Below, one piece after another: positions 28,248-36,566 of a stretch of DNA of 64,000 bases. Within the stretch, counting starts at the first letter, position 1; each line of letters opens with the position of its first letter. The position numbers were made by a program, and so were the translations under genes. The notes under the pieces are model-generated. The model searched no databases and was not told the DNA's origin. It worked only from the letters and a program-made list of their open reading frames with translations. The DNA is from an uncultured Candidatus Saccharibacteria bacterium (GTDB lineage Bacteria > Patescibacteriota > Doudnabacteria > UBA920). Location of the stretch: NCBI GenBank assembly GCA_964416765.1, contig CAYQEU010000001.1, positions 65,675-129,674 on the forward strand. The letters are read 5' to 3'.

Positions 28248-29690
28248 ATGCCGCCAAGCCAGTTTTTTGTTGCCTGCGTTTTAAGCTTTCTTGGCGGGGT
28301 GTTGCTTGCCGGTTTTGAACTGGGACATTTTGAATTGGCTGCTTTTATTGTCGGGGGGATTGGTTTCGCTGGTTTTCTGGCAGCGTTGGTTTTGGGCAAA
28401 AAGGAATCTCGATTCGCCGTGTTGTGCGCTGGCGTGGTGTTCTTTTGCTTAGGCATAATCCGCTACTCGCAGGCTAACCAGCCCAGCCAGTTCAGTAGCA
28501 ACCTAAACAGGAAGCTGCAGCTTGAGGGGGTAGTTGTTGCCGATGCTGATATCCGAATTAAGACGCGGCAGTTGACCGTGCGTCCGGATGGCTATTCCCA
28601 AAACATCCTGGTCGTCACTTTGCCGGACCAGGATGTTACTTATGGAGACCGAGTATGGCTAACAGGGATATTAACAGAACCGGCGCCGTTTTCGGATTTT
28701 AATTACAAAGAATACCTAAAAAGATACCAGATATACGCCATGATGCGCCGGCCAAAAATAATTGTCCTGCGCCGGCACCAGGGCAATCCGGTAATAGCCG
28801 CGCTGTATAACCTGAAAAACTACTACGTCAATAAAGCCAGTGAACTCCTGGGGGAGCCGGAAAGCTCGCTGGTAGTGGGTATTCTCATTGGCGCGCGGAA
28901 AACTTTGTCAGAAGATATTGTAAATGAGTTTAACCGGACCGGGCTTAGTCACATAGTGGCGGTATCAGGGTACAACATCAGCATAATTATTTCGTCGCTC
29001 GGGTTTCTAGCGAAGTACTTGGGGCGGCGCGCCAGTTTTTACGTGTCGCTAGGAATTATAGTGGGCTTCGTGGTGCTGACCGGCGCGAGTGCGTCAATAC
29101 TCCGCGCGGGAATAATGGGAGGGTTGGTGCTGTTTGCCAGCCATATCGGCCGGCCTTATTCAGTTACGCCAAGTTTGGTGTTTAGCGCGGTCGTCATGGC
29201 GGGCATCAATCCGCGTATTATGTACTGGGACATGGGGTTCCAATTGTCTTTTGCCGCGACCGCGGGGATTATTTATGCCTTACCCCACTTGGAAATCATT
29301 TTTTCGCACGTTCCCGAACGGTTTGAATTAAAGTCGATTTTACTGACCACACTTTCCGCCAGCCTGTCTACCTGGCCGTTGCTGGTGGGAAGTTTCGGGC
29401 GGGTGAGTGTGATCGCGCCGGTTGCGAATCTGCTGATCCTGCCCACCATTCCCTGGGTCATGTTGCTGGGGTTTTTAATCTTGCTTCCGGTCGCGGGCAC
29501 CGGCTTTGCCTGGATGACCCATTTACTGCTGGTGTATATCCTCAAAGTGCTGGCCTATTTATCCTCCCTGTCCTGGGCGTCAAAGGAAATTGATCCATCG
29601 CCAGCCAATTTTGCGATTGCACTGTCGCTGAGCCTGGCCATATACCTGACCATTCGGATTCTCTCACGCAAGCTGCAAAAGCGGCCTTGA
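28248..29690 (+). CDS. comEC: ComEC/Rec2 family DNA-uptake channel protein (competence domain only; no beta-lactamase-like domain)
   Basis: An N-terminal DUF4131-like TM region is followed by the competence domain (LSHIVAVSGYNISII, multi-TM). The protein is 480 aa. Confidence 0.8.
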   Translation: MPPSQFFVACVLSFLGGVLLAGFELGHFELAAFIVGGIGFAGFLAALVLGKKESRFAVLCAGVVFFCLGIIRYSQANQPSQFSSNLNRKLQLEGVVVADADIRIKTRQLTVRPDGYSQNILVVTLPDQDVTYGDRVWLTGILTEPAPFSDFNYKEYLKRYQIYAMMRRPKIIVLRRHQGNPVIAALYNLKNYYVNKASELLGEPESSLVVGILIGARKTLSEDIVNEFNRTGLSHIVAVSGYNISIIISSLGFLAKYLGRRASFYVSLGIIVGFVVLTGASASILRAGIMGGLVLFASHIGRPYSVTPSLVFSAVVMAGINPRIMYWDMGFQLSFAATAGIIYALPHLEIIFSHVPERFELKSILLTTLSASLSTWPLLVGSFGRVSVIAPVANLLILPTIPWVMLLGFLILLPVAGTGFAWMTHLLLVYILKVLAYLSSLSWASKEIDPSPANFAIALSLSLAIYLTIRILSRKLQKRP

Positions 29691-29741
29691 TGGCGGCCCT
29701 GATAACTGGTAAAATTAGTGCATTATTAAGAGTTTTTACCA

Positions 29742-30509
29742 ATGCCGAACAAAAATTTAATCATTATCGCGGTTATTATAGTCATTGCTGCCCTCGCTTT
29801 GTGGGGAGTATCTAAAATAGCCAAAGCACCGGAGAACATGAACAACAACACTAACAGTCAGGCTAACGCGCAAAACAACGACCAGAATAATCTTGAGGTG
29901 AATAACAATGCCCAGGCTAACGCGAATGGCGAGCAGGCTATGAATGGCTGTATCCGTAATTTCAATCCTGATGTGCTGAAAGAAAAAACAGCCCCGACCG
30001 AAACTTTTGCCACCTTCACCGTCAAAGATTTTGGAACTTTTAAGGTCCAGCTTTACCCCAAGGATGCCCCCAAAACAGTTGAAAACTTTACCCGTTTGAT
30101 TAAAGCCGGGTATTACAATTGTCTGACCTTCCACCGTGTCGCTCATGATTTTGTTATCCAGACCGGTGACCCAACCGGCACCGGCAGCGGGGGAGACAGT
30201 GCTTTCGGTGGCGCGTTTGCCGATGAGCTAAACGCGAACACCTCAAGTTACAAAACCGGTTACGTCAAAGGGATCCTCGCCATGGCAAATGCCGGCCAGG
30301 ATACCAACACCAGCCAGTTCTTCATCAACGTTACAGACAATACCGCCAAGCTTGGCCATAACTACACTATTTTTGGCAAAGTTGTTTCCGGCCAGGACGT
30401 GGTAGACAAAATCGGTAAGGTGCCGGTAACTCCAGGTACTTTTGGTTCTGAAGACGGCAAGCCGGTAACACCGGTTGTCATTGAATCAGCCGTATTGAGC
30501 GCAAAATAA
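29742..30509 (+). CDS. Cyclophilin-type peptidyl-prolyl cis-trans isomerase, membrane-anchored with an Asn/Gln-rich linker
   Basis: There is an N-terminal TM helix, an N/Q-rich low-complexity linker and a cyclophilin core (FHRVAHDFVIQTGDPTGTGSGG, SQFFIN). Confidence 0.85.
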   Translation: MPNKNLIIIAVIIVIAALALWGVSKIAKAPENMNNNTNSQANAQNNDQNNLEVNNNAQANANGEQAMNGCIRNFNPDVLKEKTAPTETFATFTVKDFGTFKVQLYPKDAPKTVENFTRLIKAGYYNCLTFHRVAHDFVIQTGDPTGTGSGGDSAFGGAFADELNANTSSYKTGYVKGILAMANAGQDTNTSQFFINVTDNTAKLGHNYTIFGKVVSGQDVVDKIGKVPVTPGTFGSEDGKPVTPVVIESAVLSAK

Positions 30510-30531
30510 TAATTAATTAAACAAGCAAAGA

Positions 30532-31128
30532 ATGTCCATTAAGCACGTAAAAGAACAGCGCACCTTAGTATTAGTAAAGCCCGACGGCGTAAAGCGCGGT
30601 TTGGTAGGCGAAGTGTTAAAACGCATGGAACGCCGCGGTTTGAAAGTAGTTGCCTTAAAAATGGTTGCCGTTGACCGCAGCCACTTGGAACGCCATTTCC
30701 CGACTGAAGACGAATGGGTCGGCCGTTTGGGTGACAAGGGTTTAAAAACCTTTGCCGAATATGAGCTGGATGTAAAAGAACACATGGGTACCGACGACCG
30801 GATGGAAATCGGGAAGATGGTTAAGGAAAGCCTGTTTGACTACATGACTTCCGGCCCAATTGTGGCCATCGTTATCGAAGGTTTGCACGCCATCGACATG
30901 GTTCGCAAGCTGGCCGGCCACACTTTGCCGGTATTCGCGGAAATGGGCACGATACGCGGTGACTTCTCCGTGGACAGCCCGGCGATTGCCAACGTGGAAA
31001 AGCGCGCCATCCACAACATCATGCACGCCTCGGAAACGGCAGCTGAAGCTGAAAACGAAATTGATCTTTGGTTCCGCCCTGAGGAAATCCATTCCTACAA
31101 GCGCGCCGAAGAAGATATAATGTTCTAG
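30532..31128 (+). CDS. ndk: Nucleoside diphosphate kinase with an approximately 40-aa insertion
   Basis: RTLVLVKPDGVKRGLVGEV, the NIMHASE (NIIHGSD-like) active-site region and SGPIVA are present. At 198 aa it is longer than the canonical ~140 aa because of an insert between the HY and kpFF regions. Confidence 0.75.
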   Translation: MSIKHVKEQRTLVLVKPDGVKRGLVGEVLKRMERRGLKVVALKMVAVDRSHLERHFPTEDEWVGRLGDKGLKTFAEYELDVKEHMGTDDRMEIGKMVKESLFDYMTSGPIVAIVIEGLHAIDMVRKLAGHTLPVFAEMGTIRGDFSVDSPAIANVEKRAIHNIMHASETAAEAENEIDLWFRPEEIHSYKRAEEDIMF

Positions 31129-31145
31129 GCATTAAATAAAACATT

Positions 31146-31403
31146 ATGGCAGGCATAAAAATCATCAAGAAAAAGGATTTGCAGTACAAGGAAGATGATC
31201 ATAACGAGCAGGAAATTCTGAAAGACGCGGAAGCTCGGGTGAACTCCTCATCCCGCGGTACCGCAGAGTTTAGGGCTCCAAAAGCGGAGGAACCGGATGA
31301 AGTCCAGAAAATGAAAGATTGGGTTAACGAAAGCCTGCTAGAAATTGAAGCCAAAAAGAAAGCCGAACGAGAAAATTTATTTGGCGGCGGCCTAAGAAGG
31401 TAA
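31146..31403 (+). CDS. Hypothetical small charged protein (85 aa)
   Basis: The ORF is followed by a strong terminator. The RBS is weak and there is no recognisable domain. Confidence 0.4.
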   Translation: MAGIKIIKKKDLQYKEDDHNEQEILKDAEARVNSSSRGTAEFRAPKAEEPDEVQKMKDWVNESLLEIEAKKKAERENLFGGGLRR

Positions 31404-31438
31404 TAAAAAACTCCCCGAAAGGGGAGTTATTTTTTTCT
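31404..31438. terminator. Bidirectional rho-independent terminator
   Basis: aaaaaACTCCCCgaaaGGGGAGTtattttttt. The rel stop codon lies in the 3' arm on the minus strand. Confidence 0.8.
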
Positions 31439-32965
31439 AAAGAAAGTGGGAAGTTTGATGTCTTTTAACTCGTATATGCGCTGGACTAAGCCACGGTTGT
31501 TTTCATTCAGGTAATGCCGGATTTTACTGCGGGCCCCGCTGGTCTTGGCGGCCTTTAGCCAGTCAGTTGAAATTACCGCCGGTTTCTTGCTCTTCAGAAT
31601 TTCTACTACATCGCCCTGCTTCAGCTCGTCCGTGATCTTGCGCATTTTGCCGTTTATTTTGGCTCCCATCATGTGGTAGCCCAGATCGGTATGAACGGAG
31701 AATGCAAAGTCAATTACACTGGCTCCAAAGGGCAAATCCTTAACATCACCCTTGGGAGTCAGAACAAAAATCCGGTCTTTAAAGAAGTCGATCTGCAAGC
31801 TTTCTAGAAATTCTTCCGGGTTGCCCGCGGTTTCTTCCTGCCAGGAACGAAGTTCCTTTATCCAGCCTGTGCGGTGGCCGTCGCTCGCGCCGTTGCCCTT
31901 GAGTTCTGAATAGAACCAGTGGGCTGCAATACCACGCTCCGCTTCCTCGTGCATTAAGTCAGTTCGAATTTGGATTTCGAAAATTTTCCCTTTGTGGTCA
32001 AACACGGTGGTGTGCAGGCTTTGGTAGCCGTTCGGTTTTGGATTGGCGATATAGTCCTTCACGCGCCCCGGCACCGAACGAAAATGCTGGTGCAGTGCCC
32101 CCATAATGGCGTAACAGTCAGTAACTGATTTAGTGACGATTCGCACCGCCACAATGTCGTAGATTTTTGCCGGATCGTTTTCGTATTTTTGGAGTTTCAA
32201 GAAAAGGGAGTAGATATGCTTCACGCGCCCTTCAATATCCAGGTATTTGATGCCCGCCCGTTTTAGCACCGAGCTAATTTCTTTCTTGATGTCGCGCAGG
32301 TTTTGCTCACGCTCCTTTAACTCCTGTTCCAACAGTTCCTTGGTGTGCTTGTAACCTTCGGGATTTACGATGGCGAAAGACAAATCCTGCAGGTCGCCCT
32401 TCCAGGAACCAATACCCAGGCGCCCCGCCAAAGGCCCGTACATTTCCAGGGTCTCCGTGGCGACTTTAAGCTGTTTTTCCGGCGGCAGGTACTTAATGGT
32501 TTCCATGTTGTGGAGACGGTCGGCCAGTTTGATAAGGATAACGCGGATGTCCTTGCTGGTGGCGATGAACATTTTCCGGAGGTTTTCCAGGTAGAACTCA
32601 TCCTTGCTGTTGCGCAGGCGGACATGGCCGAGTTTGGTAACGCCGTCCACCAGCTCAGCGATGTTGGGGCCGAACTCCTTTTCCAATTCTTCAGAAGTAA
32701 CCGATGTATCTTCCGTAATGTCATGAAGGATAGTGGCGGCAATAGTTTCGGCATCCGGAAAGATTTTTCCCAGGGTAACGGCCGCGGCGCGTGGGTGTAC
32801 AATAAAATCCTCGCCACTGTTGCGCTTTTGTCCGGCATGGGCCCGCGTGGCAAACTCGAGCGCTTTGGTAATCAACGCTTCTTCGGCTGGCTTGAATTTG
32901 TGGGGGATTTGCTTGAGCAGGTCTTTCATATATCTATTATATAAGATACGGGCCGCGGTTACCAT
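31427..32965 (-). CDS. rel: Bifunctional (p)ppGpp synthetase/hydrolase (RelA/SpoT homolog, short form with TGS domain)
   Basis: The HD hydrolase motifs (HD...DITED), the RelA_SpoT synthetase domain (DIVAVRIVT, YQSLHTTV) and a C-terminal TGS domain are present. The protein is 512 aa. An alternative start lies at the Met 12 codons downstream. Confidence 0.85.
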   Translation of the reverse strand: MVTAARILYNRYMKDLLKQIPHKFKPAEEALITKALEFATRAHAGQKRNSGEDFIVHPRAAAVTLGKIFPDAETIAATILHDITEDTSVTSEELEKEFGPNIAELVDGVTKLGHVRLRNSKDEFYLENLRKMFIATSKDIRVILIKLADRLHNMETIKYLPPEKQLKVATETLEMYGPLAGRLGIGSWKGDLQDLSFAIVNPEGYKHTKELLEQELKEREQNLRDIKKEISSVLKRAGIKYLDIEGRVKHIYSLFLKLQKYENDPAKIYDIVAVRIVTKSVTDCYAIMGALHQHFRSVPGRVKDYIANPKPNGYQSLHTTVFDHKGKIFEIQIRTDLMHEEAERGIAAHWFYSELKGNGASDGHRTGWIKELRSWQEETAGNPEEFLESLQIDFFKDRIFVLTPKGDVKDLPFGASVIDFAFSVHTDLGYHMMGAKINGKMRKITDELKQGDVVEILKSKKPAVISTDWLKAAKTSGARSKIRHYLNENNRGLVQRIYELKDIKLPTFFRKK

Positions 32966-32983
32966 TTATGGTATGCTAAAACC

Positions 32984-33910
32984 ATGCCAGAACTACCAGA
33001 AGTCGAAACCGTGGTAAGGGAACTAAACCGCAAGCTTAAGGGGCGGACCATTACCTCAGTGGAAGTGCGCAAGCCAAAGCTTGTGGCGGTGGGGCCTAAA
33101 ACCGTCTCCAATATCCGGGCTTCTTCCGCCGCCGCGGCAAAAAAGTTTTCTTTGATGATGGCCGGACACAAGTTTGTTTCGGTAAAGCGCCGCGCCAAAT
33201 TGCTAATTTTTGACCTGGACGGGCCGCTTTCAATGCTGGCACATTTAAAAATGACTGGCCAGTTTATTTTTGAAGACAAAGCTCTGCAAAAAAAGACGGG
33301 GAGCAAGTATAGGATTTTAAATAGATTAACCGCACCGCTCGTGCAGCTGCCGAGCAAGTATACCCATGTAATTTTCCGTTTTAAGGACGGGTCAACTTTG
33401 TATTTCAACGACCTTCGCCAGTTTGGCTATTTAAAAATTGTTAAGGATAATGAAGTTGCCGCGGTGCCCGAACTGCAAAATTATGGCCCCGAACCATTGG
33501 AAAAAAGTTTTACGGAGCAGGTGTTTGTAAAAGTAGTGGAACGGCGCGAGCGCACCACTATAAAGCAGGTGCTCATGGACCCCACGGTTGTGGCGGGGAT
33601 TGGCAATATTTATTCCGATGAAATTTTGTACCATGCCAAAATTTTGCCGACGCGCTTGGTGGGGACGCTAGACAAAAAGGAACTCCACGCGGTCTATAAA
33701 CAGATCAGGCCGGTGTTAACGACCGCCATTAAATATAAAGGTTCCAGCGTGGGGGATTTCGTGCGGACCGACGGAAAATGGGGGAGTATGGGCAAGCATC
33801 ACTATGTATATGGACGCAAGGGGCAGCCTTGCAAGCGCTGTGGTACAATAATTAAAAGCGTAAAGCTTGGCGGTAGGACTTCCTGCTACTGCCCTAAAGA
33901 GCAAAAATAG
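32984..33910 (+). CDS. mutM: Formamidopyrimidine-DNA glycosylase (Fpg/MutM)
   Basis: The N-terminal MPELPEVET catalytic Pro-Glu, the H2TH region and a C-terminal zinc finger CKRCGTIIK...CYCPKEQ are present. It has insertions relative to E. coli Fpg. Confidence 0.85.
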   Translation: MPELPEVETVVRELNRKLKGRTITSVEVRKPKLVAVGPKTVSNIRASSAAAAKKFSLMMAGHKFVSVKRRAKLLIFDLDGPLSMLAHLKMTGQFIFEDKALQKKTGSKYRILNRLTAPLVQLPSKYTHVIFRFKDGSTLYFNDLRQFGYLKIVKDNEVAAVPELQNYGPEPLEKSFTEQVFVKVVERRERTTIKQVLMDPTVVAGIGNIYSDEILYHAKILPTRLVGTLDKKELHAVYKQIRPVLTTAIKYKGSSVGDFVRTDGKWGSMGKHHYVYGRKGQPCKRCGTIIKSVKLGGRTSCYCPKEQK

Positions 33911-33923
33911 GAAAAGAAATAAC

Positions 33924-34124
33924 ATGGAAGATTTAACCCAAAAAACTGACCGGCAGCTTCTGGAGGAAATCCACGAGAATTCCCGGAAGACCAAAAATTA
34001 CTTGATGTGGCAACTCATCATAACGGTGGCCTTGGTGGTGCTTCCGCTCTTGGCCATGGGCATAATTTTGCCACAAGTGCTATCAAGCTTAAGTGCCGCT
34101 TACGGCGGAGGACTAATCCAATGA
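33924..34124 (+). CDS. Small membrane protein (66 aa, C-terminal TM helix)
   Basis: The start is taken at MEDLTQK. It has a charged N-terminus followed by a hydrophobic helix. Its stop overlaps the next ORF's start (ATGA). Confidence 0.4.
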   Translation: MEDLTQKTDRQLLEEIHENSRKTKNYLMWQLIITVALVVLPLLAMGIILPQVLSSLSAAYGGGLIQ

Positions 34125-34450
34125 CAGACGAACGCTGGGAAGAATTGATGGAAACGTTGGGTGTGTCTTCAACCAACGAGCCGTTGTACCAGGAGACGGG
34201 CGAAGGGCAGAAAGAATCGGGCAATCAGGATATTGCCATCTTTAAGCGCGGCGCCGACACTTACAAAATAGTCCGGGAGAACCGCCCCGTAGTTCTGGAA
34301 AAGAAGATGACATATTCCCACCGCCAGGGAGACACGGCCCGTACTGAATACAAGCTTTCAGACACTGAGATGAGCCATAAAATCCGCGTATTCAAAGAAG
34401 TGGACATAGACGAATGGGATGAAATGAGCGCGGGTAACTTGGGACTATGA
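34121..34450 (+). CDS. Hypothetical protein (109 aa)
   Basis: The RBS ggagga is 9 nt upstream. Its start overlaps the upstream stop and its stop overlaps the downstream start, indicating translational coupling. Confidence 0.45.
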   Translation: MTDERWEELMETLGVSSTNEPLYQETGEGQKESGNQDIAIFKRGADTYKIVRENRPVVLEKKMTYSHRQGDTARTEYKLSDTEMSHKIRVFKEVDIDEWDEMSAGNLGL

Positions 34451-35376
34451 GTGAAAGTTTAAACAATCGCATCCTGGCCAGCTTGCGATTTTTTGATTTG
34501 CAAGACCTGCCCCTGACCCACTTTGAACTGCACAAGTTTTTATTGGGCGACACCGAGGCCATCCAGCTTTCCCTGGATGGGCATTTTGAATTGACAGGAC
34601 GGCCTGCCGCCGGAGATGAAGAAACTTTGGCAGAGGTGCTTTCCTCGTTAGCTAGCTTAAAGGCAGAGGGCAAGATAGGGGAATATAACGGGTATTATTT
34701 TTTGCCAGGACGTGAAAGTTTGGTTGCATTACGGCTAGGTAATAACGCATACGGGATTAAGCGCGAACAGCGGATCCGGCGCTATATGGGGGGAGTGAAA
34801 TATCTGCCTTTTATCCGCGGCATTGCTTTGGCCGGCTCCCAGGCTTTAGGACAGCAGCGCGCCGAAAGTGACATTGACCTGTTCATTATGACCGACTCGA
34901 ACTTCATGTGGACGGCCCGCACTTTCCTGACTGCTTATTTCCAGGTTTTGGGAAAACGGCGCTACGGAAAAAAGATTGCCAACCGGTTTTGCCTGAACCA
35001 CTACCTGGCGCGCCCCCGCGAAGTCGACGCCGAGAAAAACCTATATAAAGCGATGGAATATTTGAAACTGCGCCCCGTGGTTTACCCGGCCGGCATAGCG
35101 GCATTCCAGCAGGCTAACGCAGCTTGGATAAAAGTGTTTTTTCCGAACGCGGAATTTCCTGAAGCAACCGGCGCGAGACAATCACGTTTGCAAAGAACTT
35201 TGGAAAAAATTTACGCTGCCGTGGGTGGCAGCGCGTTAGAACGATGGCTAGGCAAGTGGCAGCTGCGCCGTATCACCCAGGACAAGTTTATTTTCGTTCG
35301 GGAGGATGAACTATCGTTCCACCCGGAAAGCAAGCACGAAGCTTTACTCTCCGGATTTTTCAAACTCCATAAATAG
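34447..35376 (+). CDS. Nucleotidyltransferase-domain protein (Pol-beta superfamily)
   Basis: The motif GIALAGSQALGQQRAESDIDLFI matches the GS-x(9-13)-DxD minimal nucleotidyltransferase signature. The protein is 309 aa with N- and C-terminal helical extensions. Its 3' end overlaps a convergent methyltransferase gene by 33 nt. Confidence 0.6.
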   Translation: MSESLNNRILASLRFFDLQDLPLTHFELHKFLLGDTEAIQLSLDGHFELTGRPAAGDEETLAEVLSSLASLKAEGKIGEYNGYYFLPGRESLVALRLGNNAYGIKREQRIRRYMGGVKYLPFIRGIALAGSQALGQQRAESDIDLFIMTDSNFMWTARTFLTAYFQVLGKRRYGKKIANRFCLNHYLARPREVDAEKNLYKAMEYLKLRPVVYPAGIAAFQQANAAWIKVFFPNAEFPEATGARQSRLQRTLEKIYAAVGGSALERWLGKWQLRRITQDKFIFVREDELSFHPESKHEALLSGFFKLHK

Positions 35377-36093
35377 GAGGTAAGGATACCGGTGGAGTTT
35401 GTACTGGCCGGTAAAATTGGGACTGTCTTCAGGGCTTTCCAGATCCTCAAAACGGCGCAGGTTAAATCCGCTCTCCGTAATATTATTTAAGTGTTCCGAC
35501 AGTTTGTAGAAATAACCGGTCAGGTATTTTTTAAAAGAGTAGTGCCGGCTGGTTTTGCTGAACCAATGGTAAGGCCGTAGTTTTAGCTTCGGCTTTCGCA
35601 TGAGCAGGCGGCCAATTATACCGCGTTTCCAAACCCCAACTGGGTAAGCGTAATATGGGTTGGCTATGCTAATAAGAAGCTTCCCCCGGGGCTTTAATAT
35701 TCTCTTCATCTCGGCAAAAGTTTTTTTCTGGTCTTCTACGTCATGAGCGGCCATGCTGAAAATGATGGTGTCGAACTCGCCATCGGAATAGGGGAGGGGT
35801 TCGGCCAAGTCTACCAAACGCGCGGCCAGGCCTGGGTAGGTTTTGTTGATATAATCAATGAAGAATTTGGACCCGTCACAGCATTCAACATTAGGGAACT
35901 CATTGCGCAGCTTGGCGGCCAGCCAGCCTGGTCCGGAAGCCGCGTCCAGTATTTTCTGATTACTACTATTGCCTAAAGCGTTTCGAAAAGCAGAGTACAG
36001 CACGGACTGGTGCACCTGCCCGGCTTCGGTATCCAGATATTTCAAAAATGCTTCGGCCCCCGCGGCATTGTCATAGGAATCTTTGGCTCTCAT
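35344..36093 (-). CDS. Class I SAM-dependent methyltransferase (Methyltransf_11/25-like), probably leaderless
   Basis: The SAM motif is LDAASGPGWLAA and motif II is DTIIFSM. The start is taken at MRAKDSYD, which is immediately preceded on the minus strand by an extended -10 TTGCTATAAT and 7 nt. A longer ORF runs to 36213. Confidence 0.65.
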   Translation of the reverse strand: MRAKDSYDNAAGAEAFLKYLDTEAGQVHQSVLYSAFRNALGNSSNQKILDAASGPGWLAAKLRNEFPNVECCDGSKFFIDYINKTYPGLAARLVDLAEPLPYSDGEFDTIIFSMAAHDVEDQKKTFAEMKRILKPRGKLLISIANPYYAYPVGVWKRGIIGRLLMRKPKLKLRPYHWFSKTSRHYSFKKYLTGYFYKLSEHLNNITESGFNLRRFEDLESPEDSPNFTGQYKLHRYPYLLFMEFEKSGE

Positions 36094-36139
36094 GCCCAAA
36101 TTATAGCAATTTAGCGGCCTTTCAGCTAAAATAGTAATC

Positions 36140-36168
36140 TTGACGGGAACCCCGCCATTCGTTATATT
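36140..36168 (+). promoter_or_regulatory. groESL promoter (TTGACG-17-TATATT)
   Basis: ttgacg at 36140-36145, a 17-nt spacer, and tatatt at 36163-36168. It lies immediately upstream of CIRCE. Confidence 0.65.
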
Positions 36169-36173
36169 ATGAA

Positions 36174-36200
36174 TTAGCACTCCCGACGAAGGAGTGCTAA
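36174..36200 (+). promoter_or_regulatory. CIRCE element (HrcA operator), perfect consensus
   Basis: TTAGCACTC-ccgacgaag-GAGTGCTAA: 9-bp inverted repeats with a 9-nt spacer, 37 nt upstream of groES. Confidence 0.9.
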
Positions 36201-36236
36201 AAAGACAAATCATTAATTAAGCTAACAGCAGAAGAT

Positions 36237-36545
36237 ATGAAAGTACGACCATTAGGAAATCGAATTTTAGTAAAACAGCTGTCCACGGAAGAAGTTACCA
36301 AGAGCGGCATTATTTTGCCGGAAACAGCTGACAAAGAAAAGAAAGCCCAGGGCAAAATTGTGGCCGTGGGAAACGGGGAAGATATTTCCAAGCTCGGTTT
36401 GAAAATCGGCGATACCGTGGTATTCGGCAAATACGCCGGCGAAGAAGTTGAAATTGACGAGGACGGCACCAAGGCTGAATACAAAATCTTGTATGTCGGT
36501 GAAGACAAAGACGAAAGCGAAGTCGCCGCTATTATAGAAGACTAA
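36237..36545 (+). CDS. groES: Co-chaperonin GroES
   Basis: [13 protein letters not shown]...IILPETA is the canonical 10-kDa chaperonin sequence. Confidence 0.95.
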   Translation: MKVRPLGNRILVKQLSTEEVTKSGIILPETADKEKKAQGKIVAVGNGEDISKLGLKIGDTVVFGKYAGEEVEIDEDGTKAEYKILYVGEDKDESEVAAIIED

Positions 36546-36566
36546 GATAATATAGAAAGGAACAGA

